From the NCBI GenBank assembly GCA_030704615.1, contig CM060732.1, positions 40,796,001 through 40,860,000 on the forward strand: a stretch of DNA of 64,000 nucleotides. Reading direction: 5' to 3'. This document shows positions 1-12,952 of this stretch, piece after piece (the stretch's first letter is position 1; the number at the start of each line of letters is the position of its first letter). The notes beneath the pieces were generated by a model. That model was not told the origin of the DNA and made no database searches. It saw nothing but the letters and a program-made list of their open reading frames with translations. Source of the stretch: Takakia lepidozioides. Its lineage: Eukaryota; Plantae; Bryophyta. The position numbers were made by a program, and so were the translations under genes.

Positions 1-80
1 CTGGATATTATCGTAAGTACACTCAGCCTCCTGTCTCTTATACCAGACCATAAAATAAGTGGGGTGTGTGGCCACTGCAG

Positions 81-164
81 GAAAGCACACAATCTTTGCT
101 CGAGTTACCAAGGGCATGGATGTTTTGAGACGCATTGGCGGGGTTCACACTAACAAAATGACCG
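81..164 (+). pseudogene. Cyclophilin (PPIL1/CYP18-like) internal exon, probably degenerate; gene starts before the window
   Basis: The exon is bounded by cag| and |gtgaga and reads (G)KHTIFARVTKGMDVLRRIGGVHTNK, the cyclophilin GKHTIFGRV..GM.V C-terminal motif. The expected ..KNDR is only readable with a 1-nt shift (aacaaaatgaccg). Confidence 0.55.
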
Positions 165-1109
165 GTGAGACTTTCCAGCTTCAATTGATGAGTCAGCTGC
201 ACCTCCTTTATACTCTCTCACTCTTCAACAGGTCCTCTCTCTTCCTGCGGCAACAAGGCTAAAGCACACAGCACAGTGGGTAGAAACCATGTCCTCCCAT
301 CCTCAGAGTATCAATCAGCACTTCTGCCACAATGTTGTGCAATATTTTTGCGTACAGTACTCACTGTGACGTTAAGAGGACGTTAAGTGAAGGATTTACT
401 CACAATATTCTAGGCATTGGCGTACATCGAAAGTTTTTTTGGCTTATGATAGATGTGGCAGGCCGCTGGAGCATGTGAAGTTCTTACGGGCAATGGTGAT
501 TGATTCAGTCGCTCAAGGGTGCAGGCGGCCATATGCTGTAAATTGCCCCACCCACCCTCTCTCTCCCTTTCTTGTTTCATTCTCTCCTTTGACTGTCTAT
601 CTGTGAATGACATCCGAGTGGATCAATCCAATCCAACCACTGACTCCGGGACATCAATCGCCATAGATGAAGACACTGTCTAGTGAGAAAGTGTGGGTGG
701 TATCTGACCACCATGATCGATCTCTTGTGCTGCAGAAATCATACGGGTGCTACTGAAGATCTCCAAAGATATCCGCACTGTTTGTGTAAGTATTGTTTGC
801 CACTCTTTCTCATTAAAGTAAGAAATGCATGGAATACATGCAAGCCCTGCCTTATCAAACTTCTCTACCTGGGATCACCCACTGCTTGGAACTGGGCCAA
901 CATCCTACATCCTACATCCCGTGTACATTTTTCATCTATAAATATGGATGAAACATTCCATTACTGACACCTGTCTTGAGCTAGTTCGTGCTGTGAATAC
1001 ATACATGACACCAACCCAAGTTAGCGTGATAGTAACAATATACCATTGGTACCATTTGGTGGATTGTACCCAGGTATGTGCGCATGTGCCCATTACCAGT
1101 TGGCTATAG

Positions 1110-1320
1110 AGAGAAGACTCCGGCCAAAGTAGGCGTAACTAAGAGCTACTTCGCCTTCTGGCTAATGCCCCCTTTCAGGGGTGGGCCCTATAACCAGTGG
1201 GCTATATATATGATGTCAGCCGAAGCTAGTGTAATTAAGAGCCTCTCCCCCTTTTCGGGGTGGGCTCTATCACCAGTGGGCTACAAATTGGTTGTAAGCT
1301 AGCGTAAATAAAGCCACATC
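1110..1320. repeat. Dispersed repeat (GAGAAGACTCCGGCC family), partial copy
   Basis: gagaagactccggccaaag..gtaactaagagctacttcgcctt..gtgggcc recurs at about 5490-5567 and 34338-34420. Confidence 0.7.
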
Positions 1321-1639
1321 CCTTTGTTCGTATTGCCCCTTCTTCGGAAACACGAACTACTCCAATTTTGCAAAGTTTTTTTTATTCCGGCCACAAATCG
1401 CCAGATTTGGGGGTTGGTATCCTGTGAGCAGCGTGTGCTCGTGTCACTCGTGTGAGCACAACCCACGGTCATGGGAGTTTTATGTTTTTTTAACCTCGGT
1501 CATAGGAGTTATATGTTTTCAAAACGGAATATAACAGTGGGTATAGTTTTTGGTGCATTTGTCCGGTACATCTGCACCAATACAATGAGGCGAAACCTTC
1601 AATAGTGTAACCAAAAACCCTAAATCTATAGCGGCAGCG

Positions 1640-3030
1640 CTGAATTTCGCACTGAGAAATTATATGTGCTATGGGCACAAACTGAATTCGCATAAAGAAA
1701 TGATAGTTTAGGTGAATTTAGCACTGAGAAATTATATGTGCTATGACCACAAACTTAATTTCGCACTGAGAAATTATATGTGTTATGGGCACAAACTTAA
1801 TTTCGCAGTGAGAAATGACAGTTTAGGTGAATTTCACACTGAGAAATTATATGTGCTATGGCCACAAACTTAACCCCTAAATGACGAGCCGACCCGAATC
1901 GGGTTGGGCCGATTTTTCATCCATCCGTAGCATGCACGGATGAAGTCCGATGAACGAGCGGCTTGAACGAAAAATGTAGCGCCGAACGAGCTGCACACGC
2001 AGGTCTTTATGGCGCCCCCAACAGAGGAAAACTCAGCCGTCAGGAATGTTTTGAAGTTTGGAAATTGTAGGATTTTGGGTGGAAGGGGGGGGGCCACGCC
2101 GGTGGACCATCGACATGGCAAGTGGCAGCGGCCACGCGGGTGGGATTTTGAAGGGGGGGGGGCCATGCAGGGGTTGGAATCGGCTACTTGTGAGGCCCTC
2201 CCCAAAACGCCGAGGAACACGGGGACGGATGGAATGAGCTGGCCCTAGCAAACAATGGGAAACCTAGACGTGGCCCGGAAAACGTCGCTGGATTCAGGCA
2301 AAATTCCGGCCACCAATTGCCTAACCTGGAGGAGGCCGGAAATTTCACAAAATCCCACATCCCAAATGCAATTTAGGGAATTTTTGGGAAATTCTTGGGC
2401 AGGCTTGTGTAGTTCTTGGCCTATGAGGGACTGACCGTTGGAATTCCCAATTGAAGGAGAATTTGGGGTCCCAAAGGGGCCTATACCATTTCCTTTGCAA
2501 ATTCTCTTTTTGGACCCCCATTCCAGTCACATACAAAGCACCCCCTCCCCCCTTTCATTTTGGCAGCTTGGGGTGAAATTTGGTGTGAGGGTTTGGGATT
2601 GTGCACTTCACAGGAATATAATACTTTTTCTCCCAGGAAAATTTGGGATCATGGATAATTTGCTTGGTCAAACATGAACTTTTGCTTTGTTGTTTCCATT
2701 TTCCAAAACATGCACCATCTTCGAATGTTATAATCTCACAAACTACATTGTGGAATCTCCCAAAATTTGGGGGCTTTGTGCATCTGGTAGGTAGGAAGCA
2801 GTTAGTAGGGTTCATCCACGTGGATGAACGTTAGTGGGCCGGTAGCGGCTGACGTGTGAGGGTGGGTCCCGGAATTGTCCAAAAACCCAAAAACACCTCT
2901 CGTCCTTTAGGGGTTAATTTTGTAGTGAGAAATGATAGTTTAGGTGAATTTTGCACTGAGAAATTATATGTGCTATGGCCACAAACTTAATTTCACATTG
3001 AGAAATGATATGTGATATGGGCACAAACCT
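1640..3030. repeat. Tandem minisatellite (about 42 and 59 bp variants) split by a TTAA insertion
   Basis: Repeats of gcactgagaaattatatgtgctatg(g)ccacaaacttaatttc, with or without gagaaatgatagtttaggtgaattt, lie at 1640-1873 and resume at 2914-3030. Confidence 0.9.
1874..2913. mobile_element. Non-autonomous piggyBac-like element (1040 bp)
   Basis: TTAA (1870-1873) CCCCTAAATGACGAG ... CTCGTCCTTTAGGGG TTAA (2914-2917). The 15-bp TIRs match 14/15, and removing the element restores the minisatellite unit cacaaacTTAAttt. Confidence 0.85.
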
Positions 3031-3949
3031 AAGGAGCGGTGGGTTTCGCATTGAGAAATAACCACGCCTATAGGGTAACATGTTCATTAGGTATAGGGGC
3101 TACTTGTTCTTTATGTGTTAGTTTTGCATAATTGTTAGTGTCGCCAATTTCATTTCGCTGCGAAAACTTCACGGAAATTTCCCATAAATTCAGGGAATAT
3201 TCCTTTATGCTCACGTGCTACCTAACCTCCCAGATTTCGACATGGAAACATACCTACTTGTACAAAGGAATTATAGGAGGGTAAAATCCGAGATTTTTGC
3301 CAAAAAGCACCAGCAGATGAATTGCAGGAGCCTAATCTTGCCAATGTGAACCAGTTAAAATGTGCTACCTAGAATATAGCCACTTTTCTAACTCTGTCAC
3401 CAAATGGGCACTCGATAAAAATCACAAGTTGCCCCACCAACGATTTCGGAAATATATTAAAAAAAAACATTGACTCACTCGTCCCAAGTTCCAATTTTGC
3501 ATTTATTGAGGATGAGAGTGTAAATGAGCTTATGGTTGTACAATCCATGTACAATGTAAGCTTTGGAGGAACTTAGTGACTGCGTTTTAGGTTTTGTTTT
3601 AGGATATCATGTTGTGGGAGTGAGCTCTGACCCAACAATAATGATAGTCAATGGGATGGTACTCAAACCAGAGCGACGAGGGCTATAACTAACTCCATTA
3701 TACAGATGGCTATCAGTTTTTCTTTTTCTTTTTTTTCTTTTTTCCATTTATGAAGTTTCACAGACATGGCTCCAGTCAGCAGGCTCATTGGAACTTAATT
3801 GGTGATTATACTCAAAAACTTTGGTGCAACGGCTGGCAACAATACTTAAATTCAGGTTGAGTTTTGGCGAGTGTGAAACCAGATAAAATTTGTGATGGCG
3901 ACACTCTGATTTTTAGGATACAAAATTTGTGGCTCCAATATTGGAATAT

Positions 3950-3980
3950 GAAAAGAAAAGAAAAGAAAAGAAAAGAAAAA
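3950..3980. repeat. (AAAAG)n microsatellite
   Basis: Read directly from the sequence. Confidence 0.9.
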
Positions 3981-5489
3981 CTGATCTGGACGCTACTTGC
4001 ACAATGACCAAGGTGGAATAAATGCTAAGGCGAGCTGGGTGGTACAGGTACGCACTACATGGAAACTTACAAAGGCATTGTAGTGCAGACTCTGCGATAT
4101 CTAGTGGTGTACCTGTATAGATCTGGCTATAGCTACAAAATTGAGATCAAAAAATGAAGGCGCCAAGCCTATATGATCATGAAGTGTTTTGGCTCCATCT
4201 CCCCATGTACAGAGTTGTAGTTGGCTCCAATTAATTATTTTCATCCCATATTTTTATATAACTGTGTCAACTCCATATTTTATTTGTAGTTTTTTGGCTA
4301 TTTTTCGTCTAAAAAAAAAGGGGTTGATGGCTATGGAAGGGTAAAGGCCTAGAGCCTGGGGTTGTAGAGGAAATCAAGAGCTCTTAGACAAGTACCACTG
4401 ACATGAGTTTGAGTTTGTAAAGCACGGACATTGTAGGGGACATTGTAGGAGCCAAGGGGAAATGGTGTGGTCTCGTTGTCTACCTTGGAGCGTGCTAGCA
4501 TTGATGAGGTTAAACCATCTGGATATAGGGTGTGATAGGAGAAGTTTTGAGAGTTGCAAGACTCCTTGATTATATCGAGTAATTTGGAGACTATGTAGTA
4601 ATAGATCTTTGCAATGTAAAAGAGATGTAGCGCGGGCCTATGTCCACATAGGACGTGCAGAGCTTAGCCATGAAAAATTGGTCACAGGAGAATCGTTACA
4701 AATAACCCATTGTGTAGTCTTGCCTAATTCTGCCTATGGCGGGCAAAACAAAACAGATTTAATTGTATTTAAAACATAAAGAATATTATTCTTTATTCTT
4801 ATTTTTATTTTGAAAGAGGGAACAATGGCCCCAACGTTTTTTTTTTTTCAGGCAATGTAAGCCTACATTGGTGGCCTCTCTTTTTGATAGGGTTGGGTGG
4901 CTGTGTATATAAAATCAGACAATTGGCTAGAAACTATTGAACACCAACATTTGACAATTATATTTTATTTTGCTAGGTATAATGTGGTTGATTCGGGAAT
5001 TTCAGGGTAGCCCAGGTGGCTATTTGTAGAGCATTTTGGGGCCTAGAGTGGCTAGGTGGTGAAGTCACAGCAACAAAAGCATGAACACATTATATCTCGA
5101 ATGTGAAAATCGATACCAAAGAAATTTCCATTCCAACTATTTTTCCCGCATTCGAGTGATTGATATTATATATTATGAGCATGAGCTTGATCTTAAGATA
5201 AAGATCGTTCCCATTGAAGCCAACATCCACAAATAAAAGTTATTTCACCTTTCATGCATGGCCTTCTCCTAGCCAATGTCAGTTGGACAACATTTATCCG
5301 CATCGCACAAAAAATAAACACTACAAAGACCCAAGAAGAAAGACGTAACAAATAGAAAACAAACAAGAAGACTTCAGCTTTGCAAGCAACTGACCAAAAG
5401 ACTCCATGGAATTCGAGGAAATTATGGGTAGTTGGTACTATCAGCTACTTGTGGTAAATGATGACGAAACAATGTTTGAGATTCCAAGA

Positions 5490-5690
5490 AGAAGACTCCG
5501 ACCGAAGCCGACGTAACTAAGAGCCACTTTGCCTTACGGCTACAGCCCATTTTCACAAGTGGGCCCTATGTAAAAACCAAGGCCCAAGGATACCCTGGGA
5601 CAGACGGGGAGAACGGTATCATTGGTGCAAGGGGTACCATTTGGTACCCATGGCACTGGTACCCATACGCGCATTGGGCACCTAAGGAGC
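5490..5690. repeat. Dispersed repeat (GAGAAGACTCC family), second copy
   Basis: Matches 1110-1190 and 34338-34420. The adjacent ggtaccatttggt segment also resembles 1040-1090. Confidence 0.7.
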
Positions 5691-6114
5691 GGGAAGAAGA
5701 CTGGATTCGAATTGTCGTTTGTTGTTGATGATAGCAGTGAGAGATCTGAGCGCGGTAAGGTGTATGGCTTGGAAGCATTTATGGATAGAAGTGATAGGGA
5801 TTTGAAAATTGTTTTGAAGGGCAGAGATGCTGGCATTATGTATACCTCTTCCGGTGCCGGCTGTTATGATAGTAAGTGGGCCGGTGCCCCACCCCCATCA
5901 GTGGATGGCAGGGATTAATGGTGCATATTTTTGGCGTTTTTCTAGGGTGGAGGAGCTAGGGAAGTGGTCGTGGCAGAATTTGAATTCTATGAAATGTATG
6001 GTGATGTCTGATGATAGTACAGAGGGAGGGGAGAGGTTTACGAGGAGGCCCTGGACTAGGAGGATGTCCGGGCATAGTCTAGCGGGACATGTGCATGACG
6101 AGTGAGGTTGACAC

Positions 6115-7070
6115 CAGTGTTGGACCGGTATATAGGTCTTGGGCGGGTATCGACTAGGGTAAGGGTAATGGTATAAAGGATCATACCAAGCGGGTACCTT
6201 CAAGGGCAAAACCCGGCAATACCTTGGTGGGGTAGGATACATGGACTTCTAAAACCCTGGCACAAAACATACCAGTCTGGTCTTCTTCCTCGCACTACCA
6301 CTCCAATACCCTGCATGCGTCGGTTGAAGGACTGGATGTAGGGGTAGGGTTTAGGATAGTTTTCATTAGGGATACTAACTACATAGAGTGTTTCCAAATG
6401 GCACTTCAATGAGGATGGAGGCGCAGATTTGAGGCAGATTTAACGAGATTGTGGCGCTGGGAGGCATTTTTGCATGGCTACGCCTTCATGTCTAGAAGTT
6501 TGGTAGGGTTTTCAGTCGGATTTCCTCTTCTTAAATGTGCATCTGCTGTTGTTTTGTTTTGTTTTGTTTTGCTTTGTTTTGAAAACAGATATTACCTCAA
6601 CAATAGTTTTTGAGGGAGGTCAAAAATAATTGTTGAGGTAATATTTATTTTCAAAACTATTATGTTATAAATTTAAAAAAAAAAAAAAAAAAAACCTCAA
6701 CAATAGTTTTTGAGGGAGGTGAATAATGATAGTGATTGTAATAGTGATAGTGATAATGATAGTAATAGTGATCGTAATAATAATACCAGTAGTAATGGAA
6801 GTGTGAAGGTCAATTTTATTTTTCAGGTTATTGACTATTCTATTGAATATATTGGGCAATATTCATATTCCCCCATATGAGATGGAAAAAAGTAAGTATT
6901 GATAAACTATTGCTTTACAACCACAAATTTACGTTATTAAGACCCCTCCTATACCCTACTACCCGCCCCCTTACCCCAATACGAAGGACCATACCAGTCT
7001 AGGGAAATACGGGCCCTTCTGATACCGGGACCAGTGTGGTATCATATTTTTGTGATACATGTCCAACACC
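6115..7070. mobile_element. Non-autonomous hAT-like element (CAGTGTTGGAC ends)
   Basis: Left end cagtgttggaccggtatatagg, right end gatacatgtccaacacc. 6120-6375 is the reverse complement of 35055-35304. No clean TSD is visible. Confidence 0.6.
6720..6800. repeat. Degenerate (ATA/GTG/GTA)n trinucleotide tract
   Basis: gtgaataatgatagtgattgtaatagtgatagtgataatgatagtaatagtg... Confidence 0.8.
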
Positions 7071-7432
7071 TCTAAACTTGGGTGCTTGACATGGAACTTG
7101 ACACTTAGATTTTTATTTTTGCGCAAATGAATCCACTATACGAGTGTGTTTCATTTGCTCTAATCTGTAAATGGTACAATTTGCATGGTATGCTTTGGAA
7201 TAAGTGCTATGTTTCAAAGCGTTATATTTTGAAATCTTCCTCTCTCTAACTTATCTAAATGTTGTTAGATCCCTCTAAGTGTTACATAGGTATACCCAGG
7301 GGTAGCGCTTATACGTCTACAATAGCTCTTAGAACTAATAACCAAGTAATCAAGGAAGTTGTGCTTGTATATAATAACTGCATATCACCTATTCAAAAGA
7401 TGTGTGCCTTCATCTAAACCGCGAGGTGCTTA

Positions 7433-7939
7433 AAGCATCTCCACGGTGCCACCGCACTTGCCCCAAAACTGCAATCTAACAGCGCGGGGTCCAAAAAAGT
7501 AGCGCACCTTGCTCCACCGATGGCTCTGTCCGGTAGAATTGCTGCCGGGCCCGCCTTAAATCTGCCTCCTGCCCAACACTTTGCCAATCATACCGGGACC
7601 CACCAACCACTATACATTCAATTTGTGAGTTATTGTCCGGTAGAATTGCTCCCGGGGCCGCCTCAAATCTGCCTCTGCCCAACACTTTGCCAATTGTACC
7701 GGGACCCACCAACCACTATACATTCAATTTGTGAGTTATTTGTGAGTTAATGAGATATGATGTCCTCTCTCAACGCGCCAAGATTGTGATAGACCGGCGG
7801 GCCTACCTGGGGCTATCTCTCCTAGTCTCCTACCGTCCCAACCGTGGAGTGTCAACAACCAATCCTTGTAAAAAATACCGTCGCCCCTGTAACTAGGATA
7901 TATAACGTTTGACGGGCCGTGCTCACCGTGGAGATGCTC
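7433..7939. mobile_element. Tourist-like (PIF/Harbinger) MITE
   Basis: TTA|aagcatctccacggtg ... caccgtggagatgctc|TTA: 16-bp TIR (15/16) with a TTA TSD. It contains an internal direct duplication of about 107 bp (7527-7740). Confidence 0.85.
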
Positions 7940-8199
7940 TTAAGTAAGAGGTTAAGTCCTGACCCCATAACTTGAGACGTGAGTATGCCCCTAGGGTAGG
8001 ATCAAAAATCGTGGAAAGCTCAAGTGCCAGGATTTTACCTAAGGAAGTACGATGTAGTTAACAACAAAACAAAATCGATTGACATTTTCTATTTTGTTGG
8101 AGAAATTGATGAGAGGATTATTATAGACAATGCTTGGTCATGTTCAAAGTTCAAACCCTAGTTTACAAACTGAATGGAATGGATGAACTGCTTGCATTG

Positions 8200-8820
8200 A
8201 AAATATCATCTCGCCACCTCTGGGTCCTCAATTTGAACCTAGGCCCTGCGGGAAAAATAACCTTGCTGAAGATGGGTTATCAATTTGGAGGCCAAAAAGA
8301 TATAGCCTAGCAGAAGGCGGATATTCAATTGCGAGCATTGAACAGAAAGGGAAGAAACCTCACCAAAAGTAGTCTCACTTTAGAAGCGATAACTTCCTCA
8401 CCTAAAGTGGTTCTCAATTTGGAGGCCAAAAGATAACCTCGCCCAAGGTGGGGTTTTCAATTTAGAGCATTGAAGAGAAAGGTCGCGGAAGGTGGGTTCT
8501 CAATTCAAAGCAAGGAAAAAAATAACCTTGTCGAAGGTGGGTTGAGGTTCTCAATTTAGAGCATTGAAGAGAAAGGTCGCGGAAGGTGGGTTCTCAATTC
8601 AAAGCAAGGAAAAAAATAACCTTGTCGAAGGTGGGTTGAGGTTCTCAATTTAGAGCATTGAAGAGAAAGAGAAAAAGAATCTTGCTGAAGGGTGGGTTCT
8701 GAATTCAAAGCAAGGAAAAAAATAACCTTGCTGAAGGTGGGTTCTCAATTCAGAGGCCCTGAATGCAAGAAAAAAGAAAGAAAAAGAAAAAGATAACCTC
8801 AATGTAGAGCATGGAAGAGC
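8200..8820. repeat. Tandem repeat array upstream of eIF3L (GAAGGTGGGTTCTCAATT core; 94-bp higher-order unit)
   Basis: The core motif recurs about 10 times. 94-bp units start at 8461, 8555 and 8649; the first two are near-identical and the third diverges. Confidence 0.85.
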
Positions 8821-8902
8821 AAGCTTTACTATGACTGCATTTTGTCAACTGAGAACCCTAACTACAGTAAGATAGTGTGCAGTGTGCAGGCTCCACAGGC
8901 CT

Positions 8903-8911
8903 AAACCCTAA
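8903..8911 (+). promoter_or_regulatory. Telo-box (AAACCCTAA) upstream of eIF3L
   Basis: Exact AAACCCTAA about 110 bp before the ATG. Telo-boxes are typical of plant translation-machinery genes. Confidence 0.6.
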
Positions 8912-9015
8912 ACTGCGTCCTTCTTCCTGCACCCCACCCTCTGTTGCACTCTCTGGGGCGCTTGTTCTTCGTGAACTGGTGGATTGGGCTGCTGAGCCCC
9001 TCTTGCCCCGCAGGA

Positions 9016-12000
9016 ATGGCGTATGATGCATATGGGCGTGACTATGGAGGTGGGTACGATGACTCTTACGATGACCGCCCCGAGTTTAGAGATGGATTCC
9101 GGGACTTGCAACCCCAAGAGCCGGGCTTTGACACAGCTACCTATTTACCAGATGTGGTGAGGACTTTTGTAGCCCACCTGTATAGACACATCCGGGAGAA
9201 GAATGTTTATGAGATTCACCAGATGTACGAGGGCAGTTTTCAGAAGCTGAGTGAGAGGCTGTACAAGAAATCCAACTGGCCGGCAGTTGAAGTAATTGCT
9301 CCATATGTTGAGAACGACCACGTGTTTTGCCTTCTGTACAAGGAGATGTGGTTCCGGCACGTCTACGCGCGGTTGCAGCCCACTCTGGAGCAGCGGTGTG
9401 ACTCCTGGGATAATTACTGCAATCTTTTTCAGGTCATTTTGCATGGAAATGTCAATATGCAGCTTCCCAATCAGTGGCTATGGGACATGGTGGACGAGTT
9501 CATCTATCAGTTTCAGTCCTTCTGCCAGTACCGTGCCAAACTCAAGCAAAAATCTGACCATGAGCTCGGAATGCTGCGGCAGATTGATGAGGCTAGTTCT
9601 GTGCGCACTACACTTTGTCGTTACAATCTTTTCGGTCACAAATGCCATTGTACTGCATTCAAAAAATTATTGGGCCCCGTTTGGCAGCAGGCACCGTTGG
9701 CTATGCCGGTAGATTATGGCATATGGTGCATACTGCTGTTTGTGGTTACAAGCTAAATTTTCTCTGAGGAAGCTCCTCTCAGAGAGGTACCTAGGACGGG
9801 GTGTTCCATGGAGTGTAAATGAATCACTTGTGTCAGCAGGTTTGTCTGGAATGTCGTGGATGTGTTTTTGGTTATACCTTAACACTAAGAATAACATGAG
9901 TCTGGGTACCATACCATCATGTGAATGTTTAGGTTTCTGATTTTTTGGAGAAATAGTGACAGGGTCAGACAAGGTACTGGTGAGGCGGACAATGTAAGCT
10001 CTAAGTCATAGCATGCTCGTCATCATAATGGAATATCTGTGGTAGGGAAGGGAACTGCACAAGAGAACCGACCCCAAGTTTCTTTTGGGCTTGTCTGCAC
10101 CTTAAATTTTGCAGTGATACCATTAAGCTTTTTAACCCTGACTTGGAGGCTGTAATTTTGCACAGGTATGGAACGTGTTTGGTGTCCTGAACTACCTGCA
10201 GGCACTGATTGACAAGTCTATGATTATCCAAATCCTAGACGAGGAAAAAGATGGTACCTTGACTTTCACTGCAACTGATGGGTATGATTACCATGGGGGA
10301 ACCAACGTTCTCAAAGTGTTGGGTTACTTCAGCATTGTTGGTCTGCTGCGGGTGCACTGCTTGCTTGGAGACTATCACAGTGGTCTACGTGCCTTAGCAC
10401 CAATTGACATCAATACCCAGGGTGTCTTCAATACAGTTATTGGTTGTCAGATCACCACAATATACTACTACGGGTTTGCAAACCTCATGATGCGAAGGTA
10501 ACCATTATGCCAAGGGCATTAAGCCTGTAACCTTCTGCTGGGACTTGCTTGAGTTGGTCAGGGTGTGTTTTGTTCCAAAAGACTGTTGCAGCATTGTATG
10601 GTTGGTCTAACTCCTTAGTATGAAGCACATGAGTGTTCACGAAAGTTGTAGAACCGTTGCACCTACTGCTCCAGGTCCATTGACTTTTGAGTTATGTGAG
10701 ATACCTGAGATCGCATGCAACAAGTCAGGCTGCTGATTGCCTTTTGGTGCAATTGTTAATTTCAGATGCAAAGCTTTGCTTTCTGTAGTCTAGTTTATTG
10801 AACTTGTGCCTTTATGAATACAGGTATTTGGATGCAATCAGGGCCTTCAATCAGGTGCTGCTCTATATTTTCAAAACAAAGCAGTATCACCAGCGCTCAC
10901 CACAGTATGACCAGATTTTGAAGAAAAATGAACAGATGTATGCCCTTTTGGCCATCTGCTTGTCACTCTGCCCCCATGGTAAACTGGTAGAGGAGAATGT
11001 GAACAACCAGCTGCGCGAAAAGTACTATGAGAAGATGGTGCGCATGCAGCGGAGTGACGAGGCCATGTTTGACGAGCTGTTTTCATATGCCTGCCCCAAG
11101 TTTATTACTCCATCCCCTCCCAACTATGAGGAGCCTCTTGTCAACTTCAACCAGGTAATTTGTTACTGCTTGATTTGGTTTTCTGCAGGAGGAAGCATTA
11201 TTGGTTTCAGTTTACCTGCCTAGCTGGGAAGATTTTGTAAGCAATCTGTAGTTTGAATATAGTCAGGCCAGGAGATGGCGTCAAGATCTGTCTGCTGCTA
11301 TGAATAGGCCCTCAGCTTCACTCATATACTATCAGTCTTTAGAGGTGCTGGTGGCCTGTGGACTGATATTCTCTGATTGCTGAATTTAACCAAGCCTTTT
11401 GTATGTTCCCACAGAGACACAAGTTCGGCAGTGAGAAGCTGTCTCCAAATACTGCAGATGTTTGTCTCTTTAATCCGTCAAATTCGGATGTGGGTGGAGC
11501 ATGTGCAGGATGCATACAGGTTGCAATTGAAGCTGTTTTTGTCAGAGGTGCGGCAGCAGCAGCTTCTGTCCAGCATCCGCAGTTTCTTGAAGCTTTACAC
11601 CACCATTTCCATTGCGAAGCTTGCCTCGTTCATGGACATTGATGAGCCCACTCTCCGGTATGCCTCTTTCCCAACAGTCTTCTTGTGTATCTGGTTTGAG
11701 TTTATGTACACTAGTGATATTCCTCTGTTGAAGTGAACAGGCCCACCCAGGGTGGACTGGAAGAGTGGAGTTGGCTAGAGCTATGGCCGTAGCAGCTTTG
11801 CAGAATAGTCTCGTCTCGTCTGTGTCTGTAGAATGTACGCGTAAGACATTGTTTGCCGTAGCACTGTAGCCATAGACCCCTGCGCCCAGTTTGGTCTGTC
11901 TGTGTTTAGAGAGGGAGGGAGAGATATGCCAAAATCATGACGACTGGAGATTTGTACTATTGGCATGTCTTGGAAAGGCTGCACGTTGATGTACATACAT

Positions 12001-12952
12001 ATGTATATGGCAGGATGGCGTTGTTGACATACAAGCACAAGACGCATGTGATTGACAGTGATGGCAGTGTACTCTCAAATGCAGACGTGGACTTTTACAT
12101 TGATGATGTAAGCATTTCCGACCTCCGTGTTTGTATGTAGGCACCTGTTTGAATGGTTGTACTAAGGCTTGTGTTTTAGTTTTTGAAGTGCTGCTAGGAA
12201 TGTCTTATTATTATTTTCAACTGAAGCTGGATGGGGTCTGATCCGTCAGGCTGCGTTAAGGGGATTTTGGTTTTTGAAGACTCGTCCTTTTGCCTGTGCA
12301 AGTGGCCTATTGTCAGCTATTCAGTTCACCACATGTTTTAGAGTATTGTTTCTGCTGTTTTGGGTTGTAGCTGATGCATGTTGGTGTCTTGGGGTGGATG
12401 TTTGGATGCAGGACATGGTGCACATTGCTGACTCAAAGGTGACCAAACGCTTTGGAGATTACTTCATTCGTCATGTAACCAAGGTATGGTGTGACTCAAC
12501 GATTTTCATCTCGCTTGTTAAGTGGTCAGAATGTTTGATCCCTAAGCTTTGCTTTAAAGGTTTGATTAGGATGGTGTATGTGATATTCCTTTCTTTTCCT
12601 GAGTGCAAATATGAGCTCCACGGGAGTCATGATCCAATTGTCCTTTGGTAACTCCATTTAACAGTCTCCGTCAAGAAGGCCACGGTTGCACCTGTCAAAA
12701 GTCAAGTGCCACGATCTTGGTGCCAGATGAGCACTAAATGCAAAATCTGGTAGTAATCAGAATTCTAACATGGGGGTAGAAAATCTCCATCTTGGGATGC
12801 ATATTGTGGTAGTGTAGTCTTTCTCTGGTATTTGTCCTGGTTCTAAGTGAAATATGTTGCCTAAAAGTATCATTAGACTGAGAAGCAGTTGTGGGTTGTG
12901 ACAGTTTGAGGAGATCATCAATGACTTGGACCGAATTCAGTTGGAGGGATGA
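9016..12952 (+). CDS. eIF3L: Eukaryotic translation initiation factor 3 subunit L
   Basis: Exons 9016-9591, 10166-10497, 10824-11154, 11509-11657, 12014-12107, 12412-12483 and 12905-12952 splice in frame. Motifs include [59 protein letters not shown] and [10 protein letters not shown]. Confidence 0.96.

Noticed and set aside
1640-1870. Regular repeats resembling a CRISPR array
   Set aside because: There are no unique spacers or cas genes, and the context is eukaryotic. It is a minisatellite.
8944-9015. N-terminal extension of eIF3L from a TTG start
   Set aside because: It looks like 5'UTR or intron sequence ending in cag, and the ATG at 9016 is the plausible start.
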